Source: Candidatus Binatia bacterium
Lineage (GTDB): Bacteria; Desulfobacterota; Binatia; Bin18
Reading direction: 5' to 3'
DNA length: 64,000 bases
NCBI GenBank assembly: GCA_963666315.2
Contig: CAXXHG010000022.1
Location: 32,001-96,000 of the forward strand
Both the position numbers and the translations under genes were made by a program. The notes beneath the pieces were generated by a model. It made no database searches. It worked only from the letters and a program-made list of their open reading frames with translations, and had not been told where the DNA came from. Below, one piece after another: positions 32,059-41,995 of this stretch. The stretch's first letter is position 1. Each line of letters starts with the position of its first letter.

Positions 32059-33069
32059 CTATTCTCCCTCTCTCAGAGCTGGAATGATGTCGCGGCCGTA
32101 AATCTCAAGCGTTTGTTCTTCCTCGCCGCTCATCAGATAAATATTGAATTGGGTCACACCCGCGCGCTGCAGCTCGCGGAGCCGGCGGACGTGCTCCTGC
32201 ACCGATCCGACAATACAAAAGCGGTCCACGACCTCGTCAGAGACAAAGCCTTCATTCGCGCTGCTCACCTCACAGTGTTGAAGATAATCGTAGCCGTGGC
32301 GGGTGCGTACATAGGTGGTCAGGCTCTTGGGTAGTTCTTCGGCTGGGTAGCGCGAGAGGAGGTCTACGACGTGGTTTGACACTAATGCCGGGAACCAGCG
32401 AACCTGCTCGCGTGCCGCGGCGAGGTCTTCTGAGGGCCACACCGCAGCAGCGCTCATGACCCGAATGGTGGACGCGTCCCGGCCTGCCATGTGCGCTCCT
32501 TCGTGGACAAACCCCAGGCACCACTGAATCAATGCTGGATCGGCGAACTGAAAGATCACACCCTCTGCGACCCGACCCGCGCACCGCAGCACCTTCGGGC
32601 CGTAGCCAGCGATCCAGACTGGCGGGATACCTGCATCTGCCCATGGGATCTGGATGGGCTGCCCTTGGTAGTTGACCTGTTTCCCAGCGGTCAAGTCATG
32701 AATCAGGTGAACCGTCTCCTCGAGCCGCACGACTGTGGCCTGTTTTTTCCCCATGACGCGCCGCGAGCTGTCGCCGCGGCCAATACCCAGGTCCATCCGG
32801 CCGTGCGAGACGCGGTTGAGTGTGGCGAGCAGGCTTGCCGTTACCGTGGGATCACGCACCAACGGGTTGGTCACGCACGTGCCGAGACGCATCCGCTCCG
32901 TGTTGGCCGCCATCAGCGTAAGCATGGGGTAGGGATCTTGCCAGATGATATGGGAATCAAAGGACCAGCCATACGTAAAACCGGCCGCCTCGGCCTGACG
33001 GGTGAGATTCACAAGACGCTCCGGCTTCATGTCCTTGTCAGGCTTAAACGTGATTGCAAATTCAAGCAT
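32059..33069 (-). CDS. LLM-class F420-dependent oxidoreductase (TIGR03842-like)
   Basis: FDSHIIWQDP, VTNPLVRDP, GIGRGDS. Confidence 0.88.
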   Translation of the reverse strand: MLEFAITFKPDKDMKPERLVNLTRQAEAAGFTYGWSFDSHIIWQDPYPMLTLMAANTERMRLGTCVTNPLVRDPTVTASLLATLNRVSHGRMDLGIGRGDSSRRVMGKKQATVVRLEETVHLIHDLTAGKQVNYQGQPIQIPWADAGIPPVWIAGYGPKVLRCAGRVAEGVIFQFADPALIQWCLGFVHEGAHMAGRDASTIRVMSAAAVWPSEDLAAAREQVRWFPALVSNHVVDLLSRYPAEELPKSLTTYVRTRHGYDYLQHCEVSSANEGFVSDEVVDRFCIVGSVQEHVRRLRELQRAGVTQFNIYLMSGEEEQTLEIYGRDIIPALREGE

Positions 33070-33098
33070 CACTCCTCTCCCTCAGAAGTCCGTGTCGC

Positions 33099-33941
33099 TC
33101 ATACCGAGAGACGGCTCCCCAAGAATTCGAGCATAGCCGCGTTACACGCCTCGGGATTATCCTCAATCACCATGTGGCCAGCGTTGGGAATATCGAACCA
33201 TCGACTGCCAGGGATGCACTTGACCATCTCTTCACAGGTGGGAGCGCTCAACACGTCTGACACACCACCGCGCACGATGAGGGTGGGACAGCGTATCTGG
33301 CTCAGAAGAGCCCACGTCTGCTGCGGATCGTCAGGCTTCAGGTTGGGATCAAATATGGCTTGATCTATCCGCCACTCGATCTTGCCATCCGATCCCTCTT
33401 TGAGCATCCATTGGAGGCGTGTTTGGTGGTTCTCTTCTGACGCCTTGGGGTGACGCATTTTCAGAAAAGCCTTGGCCTCCAGCCACGAGTCAAATCCTGC
33501 CGGAGTTTCGCCCAATTCGGTGCGCATGCGCTGCATTCCTGCGTGATCAACCTCTGGACCGATGTCTAGAATACACAGAGCCCGCACTCGGTCAGGATGA
33601 CGAGCGGTGTAGTGAATGGCATTGAGGCCGCCCATCCAGTGGCCAACCAGGATCACCTTGTCGAGCTGGAGTGTATCGACAAAGGCTTCCACGTCCGAGA
33701 CATAAGCTTCTCTTGTGTAATTGCCGTCGGGTGCCCAGTCCGTCTCACCCCAGCCCCGCTGATCGAGGGCGAGGACGCGATAATAATCTTTCACGACCAG
33801 TGCGAATTCGTCGAACCAATGACCGTAGGCTCGCAAGCCGTACAGGCAAACTATCGGCGTGGCCTGTTCATTTCCCCAATCAACGTAATGCATCTTCAGG
33901 CCGTTGATCGTTTCATCACGACTTGTCGCTTGGGTTGGTAT
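33099..33941 (-). pseudogene. Alpha/beta hydrolase, probably inactivated
   Basis: Nucleophile elbow reads GHWMGG; likely start after the GGAG RBS reads ATA (33939-33941). Confidence 0.7.
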
Positions 33942-34359
33942 GGTTACAACTCCGTTTTGATTTTAAGACTAAATCAGGTCCCATGAGACTCGTACACAAC
34001 CACGACAAGCGGTGATTTCACTCAGGCGCGTTCCTCTGCCCACCTCCGCCCAGGCACTTCATGATGCCGTTGCTAAACGGCTTCCTGCCACGTCCGCCTG
34101 AGGCTCAAGCCTCAGGCTCAGTATACCAAGCCCGGTAAACCGGGCTCCCCGCTCAACCTTTTAGGGGGCGGAGCTCCCTTTGTAATTTAAGCCTGGTGCT
34201 TCAGCGCCAGGCGGGGGGTGGCGTCCGGCAGCGGCACTCGCATTTTGCAACAGTCTCTCTTCACGTCCGGGCGGGTGTGGGTTCATTTCAGAAAGTGCGA
34301 TCCTGTACCAATCTTTTGCCTTTCGATTTAGTGGGAGAAAACATGGACGAGTCGTGCCG

Positions 34360-35139
34360 CTATTGCGTCACAAAGCCGCCATCGACGGCCATGGCCGTTC
34401 CTGTCACAAAAGACGCCGCGTCCGAACACAACCAGACCACGGCCTCGGCAATCTCCCCCGGCAGTCCCATCCGTCCGACAGGCTCTCTATCCTTAATTGC
34501 CTCGATGATCTGGGCGGCCAGCTCAGGCTGCGCGCGCAGGATCTTGTCGATCATGGGGGTTTGTACCGGCCCAGGGCACACGGCGTTGACTCGAATGCCG
34601 GACTTGGCATACTCCAGCGCCGCCGTTTTGGTCAGACCGACAACGCCGTGCTTACTGGCCGAATACGCCGGCATACCGTTCGATCCCACTAATCCAAAGT
34701 TCGAGGCAGTGTTGACGATCGCGCCCCCGCCTTGTTTCAACATATGCGGGATCTCGTGTTTCATGCACAGCCATACCCCGGTCAGGTTGGTCGCAATAAT
34801 GCGGTCCCAATTCTCTTCACTACACTCAGCCGTCTGCCTGATGTCTCCCTGGATGCCCGCATTGTTCAAAGCACAATCCAAGCGGCCATAGATTTCTACG
34901 CCCTTCTCGATTAGTGCAGCGACCTCAGCCGCCTGAGAGACATCGGCGCTGACAAAAATGGCCATCCCGCCAGCCTCTTCGATCAGGCGGACAGTCTCTT
35001 CTCCGCCCTCCACATCTACGTCAGCAACAACGACCTTGGCGCCTTCTCTTGCAAAAGCCAGAGCCGATGAGCGTCCAATGCCCGAGCCGCCACCAGTCAC
35101 CAGCGCTACTTTTGTGTCTAATCGCCCAGCCATGGCCAT
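34360..35139 (-). CDS. SDR oxidoreductase (glucose 1-dehydrogenase-like)
   Basis: TGGGSGIG, NNAG, YSASKHG, VDGG. Confidence 0.93.
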   Translation of the reverse strand: MAMAGRLDTKVALVTGGGSGIGRSSALAFAREGAKVVVADVDVEGGEETVRLIEEAGGMAIFVSADVSQAAEVAALIEKGVEIYGRLDCALNNAGIQGDIRQTAECSEENWDRIIATNLTGVWLCMKHEIPHMLKQGGGAIVNTASNFGLVGSNGMPAYSASKHGVVGLTKTAALEYAKSGIRVNAVCPGPVQTPMIDKILRAQPELAAQIIEAIKDREPVGRMGLPGEIAEAVVWLCSDAASFVTGTAMAVDGGFVTQ

Positions 35140-35166
35140 TGTTCCTTTCTTTTGTCTGCCTCAGAC

Positions 35167-35490
35167 TTATTCCACCCGTCGGAAGCGGGCGGGCACAATG
35201 GCCTCAATAATGTGGGGTTGATGATACAACTCCACCGCACTGGTGACTTCTACCAACGAGAGCGTCAGAGAGTAGAGCGGCTGCGCCCCTTCGGGTAGTT
35301 GGTCGAGGGGGAACTGGTCGAGATAGGCAACGATCGCTTCCATTTGAGGAAAAATCGTGTCGTAGAAGGCCTGAATCTCTTCCATCGTGCTGGACAAGCG
35401 TTTTGCTCTGCGCTCACTCTCCTTGGTCAGAGTCCAGTCTATATAAGGTTCAAGATTCTGAAACTGCCTCGGCAACAGGGCTCCAGGCAT
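35167..35490 (-). CDS. Small conserved hypothetical protein downstream of Rieske oxygenase
   Basis: Paralog of 10054-10416; start overlaps the Rieske stop codon. Confidence 0.8.
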   Translation of the reverse strand: MPGALLPRQFQNLEPYIDWTLTKESERRAKRLSSTMEEIQAFYDTIFPQMEAIVAYLDQFPLDQLPEGAQPLYSLTLSLVEVTSAVELYHQPHIIEAIVPARFRRVE

Positions 35491-36683
35491 CACTGCCCCC
35501 GTCCGTTGAAAAAGCCCATATAGTCTTCCAACACTTTGTGAAACTGTCGGATCTGGATCTCATCATCTTGGAGCATGAGATGTGTTTTCGCTCGTGAGGT
35601 TAAACCAATCTGTAGGGTCTCATGCGCGACGGCGTCTTCCTGGAGCACATCACAGATACGGTGGTTCAGGTATTCCTGGCTGAGCTTTTGTCCGGCGGTC
35701 TGTGCCGGTGGGAAATGAACATTTATCTCCCAGATGCAGCGATCGACCGCTAGCGGCCAGAAATTATACGTCATGTAATGGTCGTCTTCGATGCCTCGAA
35801 ACTGGAGAATGACAAAGTTTGGAAAGATCACAAAAAAGTCAAAGTCTCCCAGCATGGGCAGCCGGCTGTTGGTGGTGGCGGTATTCAACTTGTTCATGAG
35901 CGCGCCGGTCGGTGTCGGCGTACTTTCTGAATTGTACGTAGTCGACCAGACCGCGTGGTGATTATACAGCTTCACTCCTGAGAGGCGCAGATACCGATTG
36001 TCTTCAAGCACGAACATCCCAGGGAACGAGTAACGATGTTGGAAGGGCAGGTGGTAGGATTCATTCTGAGCATCCAGGGCAACCTTCCAATTGGCATTCT
36101 CTTCAACTTTATACGTGTGGGTGAGCGTTCGCTTATGGAAGGCACCGCCGCTAAGCTGGTCCGCGACTCCACCGAGGTACTCTACGAGGCCCTCTTGTGG
36201 GTCTGAATCCAGATGCACGAAGATAAACCCTTCCCAGATGTCCGTGGTTACGGGCGTGAGACCGAGCTCGCTCTTCTTGAGATCATGGAAATTATCTTCG
36301 TCCGGCACTCCTGTGAGCTGTCCTTGGGCGTTATACGCCCAGCTATGAAAATGGCAGGCAAACGCCCCGCGACAGGTGCCTGTCTCTTCCCAGACGAGCT
36401 TGTTCGAGCGATGGGAGCAGACATTGTGAAACCCACGCACGACACCGTCCGTCCCTCGGATCACCAAAATCGAAGTTTTGCATACGGCAAGCGCACGAAG
36501 GAAATAGTCGCCTGGGTTGGGAATAGCGTCGACACGGCCGACGTTGAGCCAGGTGCGGCGAAAAACCCGTTCGCGTTCAAGCTCAAAGTATTCCGGGGAA
36601 ATGCACGATTCCGACGGGACAGGTCCCGTCCCCAGCTCGGGATACTCTTTCGCCCAGCGTTTGTTCTCCGTGACAGTTTCCAT
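35490..36683 (-). CDS. Rieske ring-hydroxylating oxygenase alpha subunit
   Basis: HNVCSHRSN...CHFHSWAY; ESYHLPFQH; QED. Confidence 0.93.
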   Translation of the reverse strand: METVTENKRWAKEYPELGTGPVPSESCISPEYFELERERVFRRTWLNVGRVDAIPNPGDYFLRALAVCKTSILVIRGTDGVVRGFHNVCSHRSNKLVWEETGTCRGAFACHFHSWAYNAQGQLTGVPDEDNFHDLKKSELGLTPVTTDIWEGFIFVHLDSDPQEGLVEYLGGVADQLSGGAFHKRTLTHTYKVEENANWKVALDAQNESYHLPFQHRYSFPGMFVLEDNRYLRLSGVKLYNHHAVWSTTYNSESTPTPTGALMNKLNTATTNSRLPMLGDFDFFVIFPNFVILQFRGIEDDHYMTYNFWPLAVDRCIWEINVHFPPAQTAGQKLSQEYLNHRICDVLQEDAVAHETLQIGLTSRAKTHLMLQDDEIQIRQFHKVLEDYMGFFNGRGQ

Positions 36684-36697
36684 TTCGTTTCCCTCCC

Positions 36698-36750
36698 TTA
36701 GTTGAACTCCCCTCACAGTACTTTTGCATCTTTCAAATCTGCCGTGTCAA
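36698..36750 (-). pseudogene. Extreme 3' tip of an AC-AAA-TPR gene
   Basis: Translates DTADLKDAKVL*GEFN*; compare DTADLKDAKALLDQLS* at 54909-54960. Confidence 0.75.
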
Positions 36751-36899
36751 GGCTTGTGGTGAACTATTTGAGTTCCGCGACTTGACACGCTGCCCGAGAG
36801 TTTGCTTATGAGTATTCAACAGATTACTGCCACAACCGGGTTGCTTTTGCCTACATCCTGTTAGCCAGAGCTGGGGCGGCGATGGATACGGATTAGAAA

Positions 36900-37579
36900 T
36901 TAGCGGCGTTCATGCAGCCCGGGACGCTGTAGACCGTCTACATGCAGCAGGTGCCCGGGTCATCAAGATACCGATAGGCGACGCGACAGGTGGGGGAGCC
37001 CTCTCAATGGCGAAAAACCCATCCATACTGAGCGATCAGGAGATGGCTGCCATTACCCCTCAAGCCCATTCGCACGGCATGCGCGTTGTCGCACATGCCC
37101 TTAATGATATTGACGTCCAACGGGCAGCGGCGGCTGGGGTTGATGTCCTTGCGCATACACCAACCGACCCGCTCAGCGCTAAGACGGTGAAAGCATGGTC
37201 CGGGCGCGCGGTCATTTCGACCTTGTCCGCGTTCCCCGGTTTAGCTGAACCGGCGGACAATATTCGCCGCTTGCGAGCAGGCGGTGCGACCGTGCTGCAC
37301 GGCACCGATATGGGCTATACAACCTTCACCGGGATTAATCCGCAGGAGATCGAACTCTTGGCTAAGGCCGGTCTTGATAATAAAGCAATCCTCGCTGCGG
37401 GGACGACGATACCGGCACAATTCTGGGGTTTTGGGGACGGTATTGGAACAGTGGCAGCCGGACATACCGCGAGCGTGTTACTTCTCGATGCGAACCCCGA
37501 GCGTAATCCGCTAACGCTTTCCGGGCCACTTGCCGTCTATCTTGATGGCGTACAAATGGGCCCAAATACGGCGCAGTGA
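36900..37579 (+). pseudogene. Amidohydrolase, C-terminal half only
   Basis: VVAHA, LAHTP, GTDMG, LLLDANP; no N-terminal HxH. Confidence 0.7.
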
Positions 37580-37591
37580 GGAGCGTAGCGG

Positions 37592-38332
37592 CTAGGGCTT
37601 CACCTGTCCTCCCCGGTGTTCTCGGTACACGGCATCCCGCCAGGTAAAGATCGGTGCGTAGACGGACTCTAAGGCCGTCGGCTCAACCCACAGGGCTCGG
37701 AGCTTGGCGCCAATATTATTGGCTTGATCTTCACCGACCGTGGACGGCACGAGAAACAGCTCATCGGACGGTGGGTTCACCAAGGCGAGCATACAGGCCG
37801 TGGTTAAATCGGCTCGGGTGAACGTATCGCCCACTAAATAGCGACACTCGGTCAGCGTGTGGGCAAGAATCGTGAGACTGCGCTTGACCGTGGCCCGTGC
37901 GTGCTCTTCTCCATAGCCTGGCGAGTAGTGATACTTCTGACCCAGGAACTGACCTAGTTGCTGTACCTGGGCATCCGTCGAGTGTAGCAGCCGTCCGATG
38001 ATGAGCAGTCGCGCTTGTGGTCCGAGCACTCCGTCCATGAATTCTTCCCAGAGCATGACTTCGGCTTTTTCCTTCTCCGATTGGGGCATGAGTGCTAGCT
38101 GGGGATGGCGTTCCTCCAGCCAGTTAAGAATCGCGGTTGAATCAGAAATCCAAGTGCCCCCGATCTCGAGCACCGGTACCTGGGCTTGACCGGTCTGTTG
38201 CTTCAACGCCTCCTCGCCAGGCCCAACTTGATAATCTACCCTCTCATAGGGTACCCCTTTGAACTCAAATCCCCAGCGTGCCCGTTCAGACCAGGGAGAT
38301 TGGTAAATATAAATCAGCTTCGGAATTTCCAT
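37592..38332 (-). CDS. Glutathione S-transferase family protein
   Basis: SPWSERARW, QVPVL, DSTAIL, YLVGDTFTRADL. Confidence 0.9.
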   Translation of the reverse strand: MEIPKLIYIYQSPWSERARWGFEFKGVPYERVDYQVGPGEEALKQQTGQAQVPVLEIGGTWISDSTAILNWLEERHPQLALMPQSEKEKAEVMLWEEFMDGVLGPQARLLIIGRLLHSTDAQVQQLGQFLGQKYHYSPGYGEEHARATVKRSLTILAHTLTECRYLVGDTFTRADLTTACMLALVNPPSDELFLVPSTVGEDQANNIGAKLRALWVEPTALESVYAPIFTWRDAVYREHRGGQVKP

Positions 38333-38571
38333 CTGCTCTCCCTCCTCGCAATAGAATTGGTAACAGAATCAGCAGCAGAATCGCTGCTACTGTACCACAG
38401 CCGCTCCTTCCCAGGATAGTTATAGATAGCTATAGATAGGATCTCGATGACTCCGTCGCCAGCTTGATTATCTCAATGACATCTTTGTATGCTACGGGCC
38501 CGAGAAGAGGGAACGGTGTGTGAGAGCAGACAAAGTCCTGAGGCGAATAATTCGCTGCATGAGGAGCAACT

Positions 38572-40611
38572 ATGAGCGGCTCGTTAGCCGAATTGCGTCA
38601 GGTGTGGAGCCCTCTCACTATCGGCCACACGACCGTCAAGCACCGGATCATGATGACGGCTCAAACCGTTCTCTATGGAGAAGATCATATTCTCAGTGAT
38701 CGTCACATCGACTACTACCGCGAACGAGCCAAGGGCGGGGTAGCACTCCTCATCAGTGAGCAGCAAGCGGGACATCGCCTCAGCAAGGGTTCCTTCTACA
38801 TGGGCTGTACGGCCTGGGAAAAGCGCGCCATTCCCCAGTATGCGAAGCTGGCCGAGGCGGTGCACGCCTATGGCGCGAAACAATTTGTCCAACTCTTTGC
38901 TGCCGGCGTACACGACCAAGGGATGATGCTCATCGACGAGTGGCACCCGCTGTGGGCCGCATCGCGTACACCCTCCTTGCTGCGAAAAGAGATTCCCATG
39001 GAGATGGAGCAGGAACACATTGATGACTTGGTACAAGGTTTTGGAGAGTCGGCGCTGAACGTGCAGGTCGCCGGACTCGACGGGGTAGAGATTCACGGTG
39101 CGCACGGCTACCTGGTCGGGCAGTTTCTCAGTCCTGCCTATAATAAGCGAACGGATCGCTATGGGGGTTCAGTCCGAAAGCGCTGCCGGCTCGCGCTGGA
39201 GATTGGCCAGAGTATCAGGCAACGAGTCGGCGCCGACTTCACGCTTGGCCTGCGTTTGTCATTTGATGAATTTATAGGTGAGGCCGGCATTACACAGGAG
39301 CAGGCCGAAGAGCAGATCGAAATCTTTGCTTCTGCTGGCGTGTTCGATTTCTTCGACATCTCAGGCGGCGGCTATCATACCCCCCACCGGGTTGCCCCAC
39401 CTATGGGGAGTGCACCAGAAGGTTTCCTGGTCCCCTTTGGGAAGCGTGCCAAGGAGATCGTTGGCGATCGGGCTAAGATATTTATTGTGGGTCGCATTCT
39501 CGACCTTGGGATGGCAGAGCAGATCCTCGCCGACGGGGCAGCCGACATGGTGGCCATGACGCGGGCTCAAATGGCTGATCCGTTTCTGGTGACCAAAGCA
39601 CTCGAGGGCCGAGAACGAGAAATCACCAGATGTGTAGGGGCAAACGAGTGTGCCAACCGTCTCTTCAACAACCGCGAAGTGATCTGTCTGATGAACCCCA
39701 CGGTTGGGCGTGAGCGCCAGTGGGGACACGGAACGCTCGAGTCTGTCAGAGTGAACGAAGCGAAAAAGATTCTCATTGTCGGTGGGGGACCTGCGGGAAT
39801 GAAAACGGCAGCCACGGCGGCCAAGCGAGGTCATCACGTCATCCTGCTCGAAAAAGAGCACGAACTAGGCGGACATCTGAATCTGCATAAACAGCTGCCC
39901 ACCCGCGCCGAGTGGCAAAGCGCGATTGATAATCTCACGCGCGAGATGGAAACCGCCGGAGTCGAGGTACGGCTCGGCATGACGGCGACAAAGAGCCTTC
40001 TGGAAAAGGAGAGACCCGACGCCATTGTCTGCGCCACTGGCTCTACGTATGCCTCGGGCGGGGGCTTCAGTCCGCATAGATCCGAGCGCGATACCATCCC
40101 TGGCTCTGATCAGGAGCATGTCCTGGACGTTGCGACCGCTACTACGCGCGCCCTCCGGGATCCAACCTCGCTCGGCAAGCGAGTGGTTATTCTTGACGAG
40201 ACCGCAGCCTACCTTCCGCTCGGTCTCGCCGAGGTGCTGGCCACCCAAGGGGGAGCGGAGGTCGAGGTCATTTCCCCACACCTGTTTATCGGCGAAGACA
40301 CATTGAGCACTGCAGAGATGCCCGTTCTCTTCCCCAAACTTATTGAGGCCGGGGTCCGGCTAACGGCGCAGCACCACATTGAGAAGATAGAGGGGAATAA
40401 CGTCGAAACCTACAATATCTGGGGTGGGAAGCCACGTACGATCACAGCCGTAGATACCGTTATCCTCTCTATGCTGCGGACTCCGAACGAGGCGCTGTTT
40501 CAGGAGATTCGGGGCAGCTTCCCAGAAGTCTACCGGGTCGGTGATGTTGTGGCCCCACGCAAGCTGGCTGCGGTTATTTATGAAGGAGAGAAGCTTGGAC
40601 GCGAGATCTGA
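38572..40611 (+). CDS. NADH:flavin oxidoreductase (OYE barrel plus FAD domain; DCR/TMADH-like)
   Basis: DGVEIHGAHGYL, NKRTDRYGGS, Cys cluster, IVGGGPAG. Confidence 0.92.
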   Translation: MSGSLAELRQVWSPLTIGHTTVKHRIMMTAQTVLYGEDHILSDRHIDYYRERAKGGVALLISEQQAGHRLSKGSFYMGCTAWEKRAIPQYAKLAEAVHAYGAKQFVQLFAAGVHDQGMMLIDEWHPLWAASRTPSLLRKEIPMEMEQEHIDDLVQGFGESALNVQVAGLDGVEIHGAHGYLVGQFLSPAYNKRTDRYGGSVRKRCRLALEIGQSIRQRVGADFTLGLRLSFDEFIGEAGITQEQAEEQIEIFASAGVFDFFDISGGGYHTPHRVAPPMGSAPEGFLVPFGKRAKEIVGDRAKIFIVGRILDLGMAEQILADGAADMVAMTRAQMADPFLVTKALEGREREITRCVGANECANRLFNNREVICLMNPTVGRERQWGHGTLESVRVNEAKKILIVGGGPAGMKTAATAAKRGHHVILLEKEHELGGHLNLHKQLPTRAEWQSAIDNLTREMETAGVEVRLGMTATKSLLEKERPDAIVCATGSTYASGGGFSPHRSERDTIPGSDQEHVLDVATATTRALRDPTSLGKRVVILDETAAYLPLGLAEVLATQGGAEVEVISPHLFIGEDTLSTAEMPVLFPKLIEAGVRLTAQHHIEKIEGNNVETYNIWGGKPRTITAVDTVILSMLRTPNEALFQEIRGSFPEVYRVGDVVAPRKLAAVIYEGEKLGREI

Positions 40612-41069
40612 GGACGATCGGAAGCTTCCACGACGGTGTGAGCAGGGAACTGAATAGGCACTGCACCCTTCCGGATAGACAGGCAACAAAAGCTTGGACG
40701 ACAAAAGTGAGGGGGCTGGGGTCTGATCGGTCTGATCTTTACTTTATCAATTCAGCCCAATCTTTTGGGGGTATCGTTTCTCACTAGGGGGCAAATTCAA
40801 GACTTGACTCCAAGTCCCCTGGGAAACAGGATTACACGTCTGGCAGGACGTTCCAACTACAAAAGGGCATCGGGGCTCAGGGTGTTAAGTGAGGCAGCAA
40901 AGTATGAAGGGCAAACCAGAAAGCCACTAATGCCGCAACGTCCCCCATAGCTTTACGGCATGGAAAATACTTGGAGCATCTTTTTCTCCCCCTTTACACT
41001 TTCGTCTTCGTTTTTCACAGCGTGCTACAGTGTTGGATGCTGCTCATGCCACGGTGTTGCCTGTTCGTA

Positions 41070-41878
41070 GGCATACCCTCCGGGAACAAGGACGCGCTCC
41101 GCTCCTGATGCGGGTAAGACTCAACACCGGGGAAGTCGTGGTGCGGTCCATTCGCAAAGATGACCTGCATACGGACTATGTGCCGGTCGGGCACTCCACG
41201 AACCTGGCCGCCCGGATGGAACAACTCGCTAATCCAGGGTCTATCTTGGTCACGGATTAAACTCATAAACTCACCGACGGTTACTTTGAATTCAAAGACC
41301 TGGGTCAGACGCAAATCAAAGGCGTCGAAGCGCCGCTCAACGTCTACGAAGTGCTGGGCGCAGGACGACTGCGCACCCGATTGCAGGTCTCTGCCCGCCG
41401 AGGTCTCACGCGCTTTGTGGGTCGTCACAGCGAGCTGGACCAGCTGCACCGGGCGTTAGAGCAGGCCAAAGACGGCCACGGCCAAATCGTCGGGGTACTG
41501 GGCGAGCCGGGGCTAGGGAAGTCACGACTCTTCTACGAGTTCAAACTCACCTCCCAAACTGGCTGTCGGGTGCTTGAAGCGTTTGCGGTCTCGCATGGGA
41601 AGGCGTCGCCGTATTTTCCGATTATCGAGTTGCTCAAGACCTACTTTCAGATTGAGCGCACCGATGATGAGCGGACACGGAAGGAGAAAGTCGCGGGGAA
41701 AGTCCTCATTCTGGAGCGCAGTCTCGAAGACACCCTGCCCTATCTGTTCGCTCTTCTCGGTATCGAAGATCCTGGCTCATCCCTGCAGCAAATGGACGCC
41801 CAGATACGGCGCCGCCGGAGGTTTGACGCGCTCAAAAAACTCTTCCTGCTCGAGAGTCTCAATCAACCGCTCCCCCTA
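41070..41878 (+). pseudogene. Internal AC-AAA fragment (end of cyclase domain plus Walker A), stop at 41258
   Basis: NTGEVVVRSIRKDDLHTDYVPVGHSTNLAARMEQ; GEPGLGKSRL. Confidence 0.88.
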
Positions 41879-41995
41879 ACGCCTGGGCGACATAGCCCTC
41901 ATCCGCGATAACTTGACACCGCGATCTTGACAACTCTACATTGAGCGACGGTAGTATCGATATTCGTTCTGAATTCCATTCGGAGATGAGGCACT

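Noticed and set aside
6998-33363. Long antisense ORFs (6998-7897, 14871-15620, 24940-25680, 31043-32101, 32491-33363)
   Set aside because: They are shadows of well-supported genes on the opposite strand in GC-rich DNA, with no motifs apart from the short amidohydrolase relic at 7780-7900.
36720-36750. TTGACA within the AC FDT codons as a portable -35 for downstream cargo
   Set aside because: No plausible -10 at 16-18 bp here or at ~53160, and the third copy reads TTGATA.
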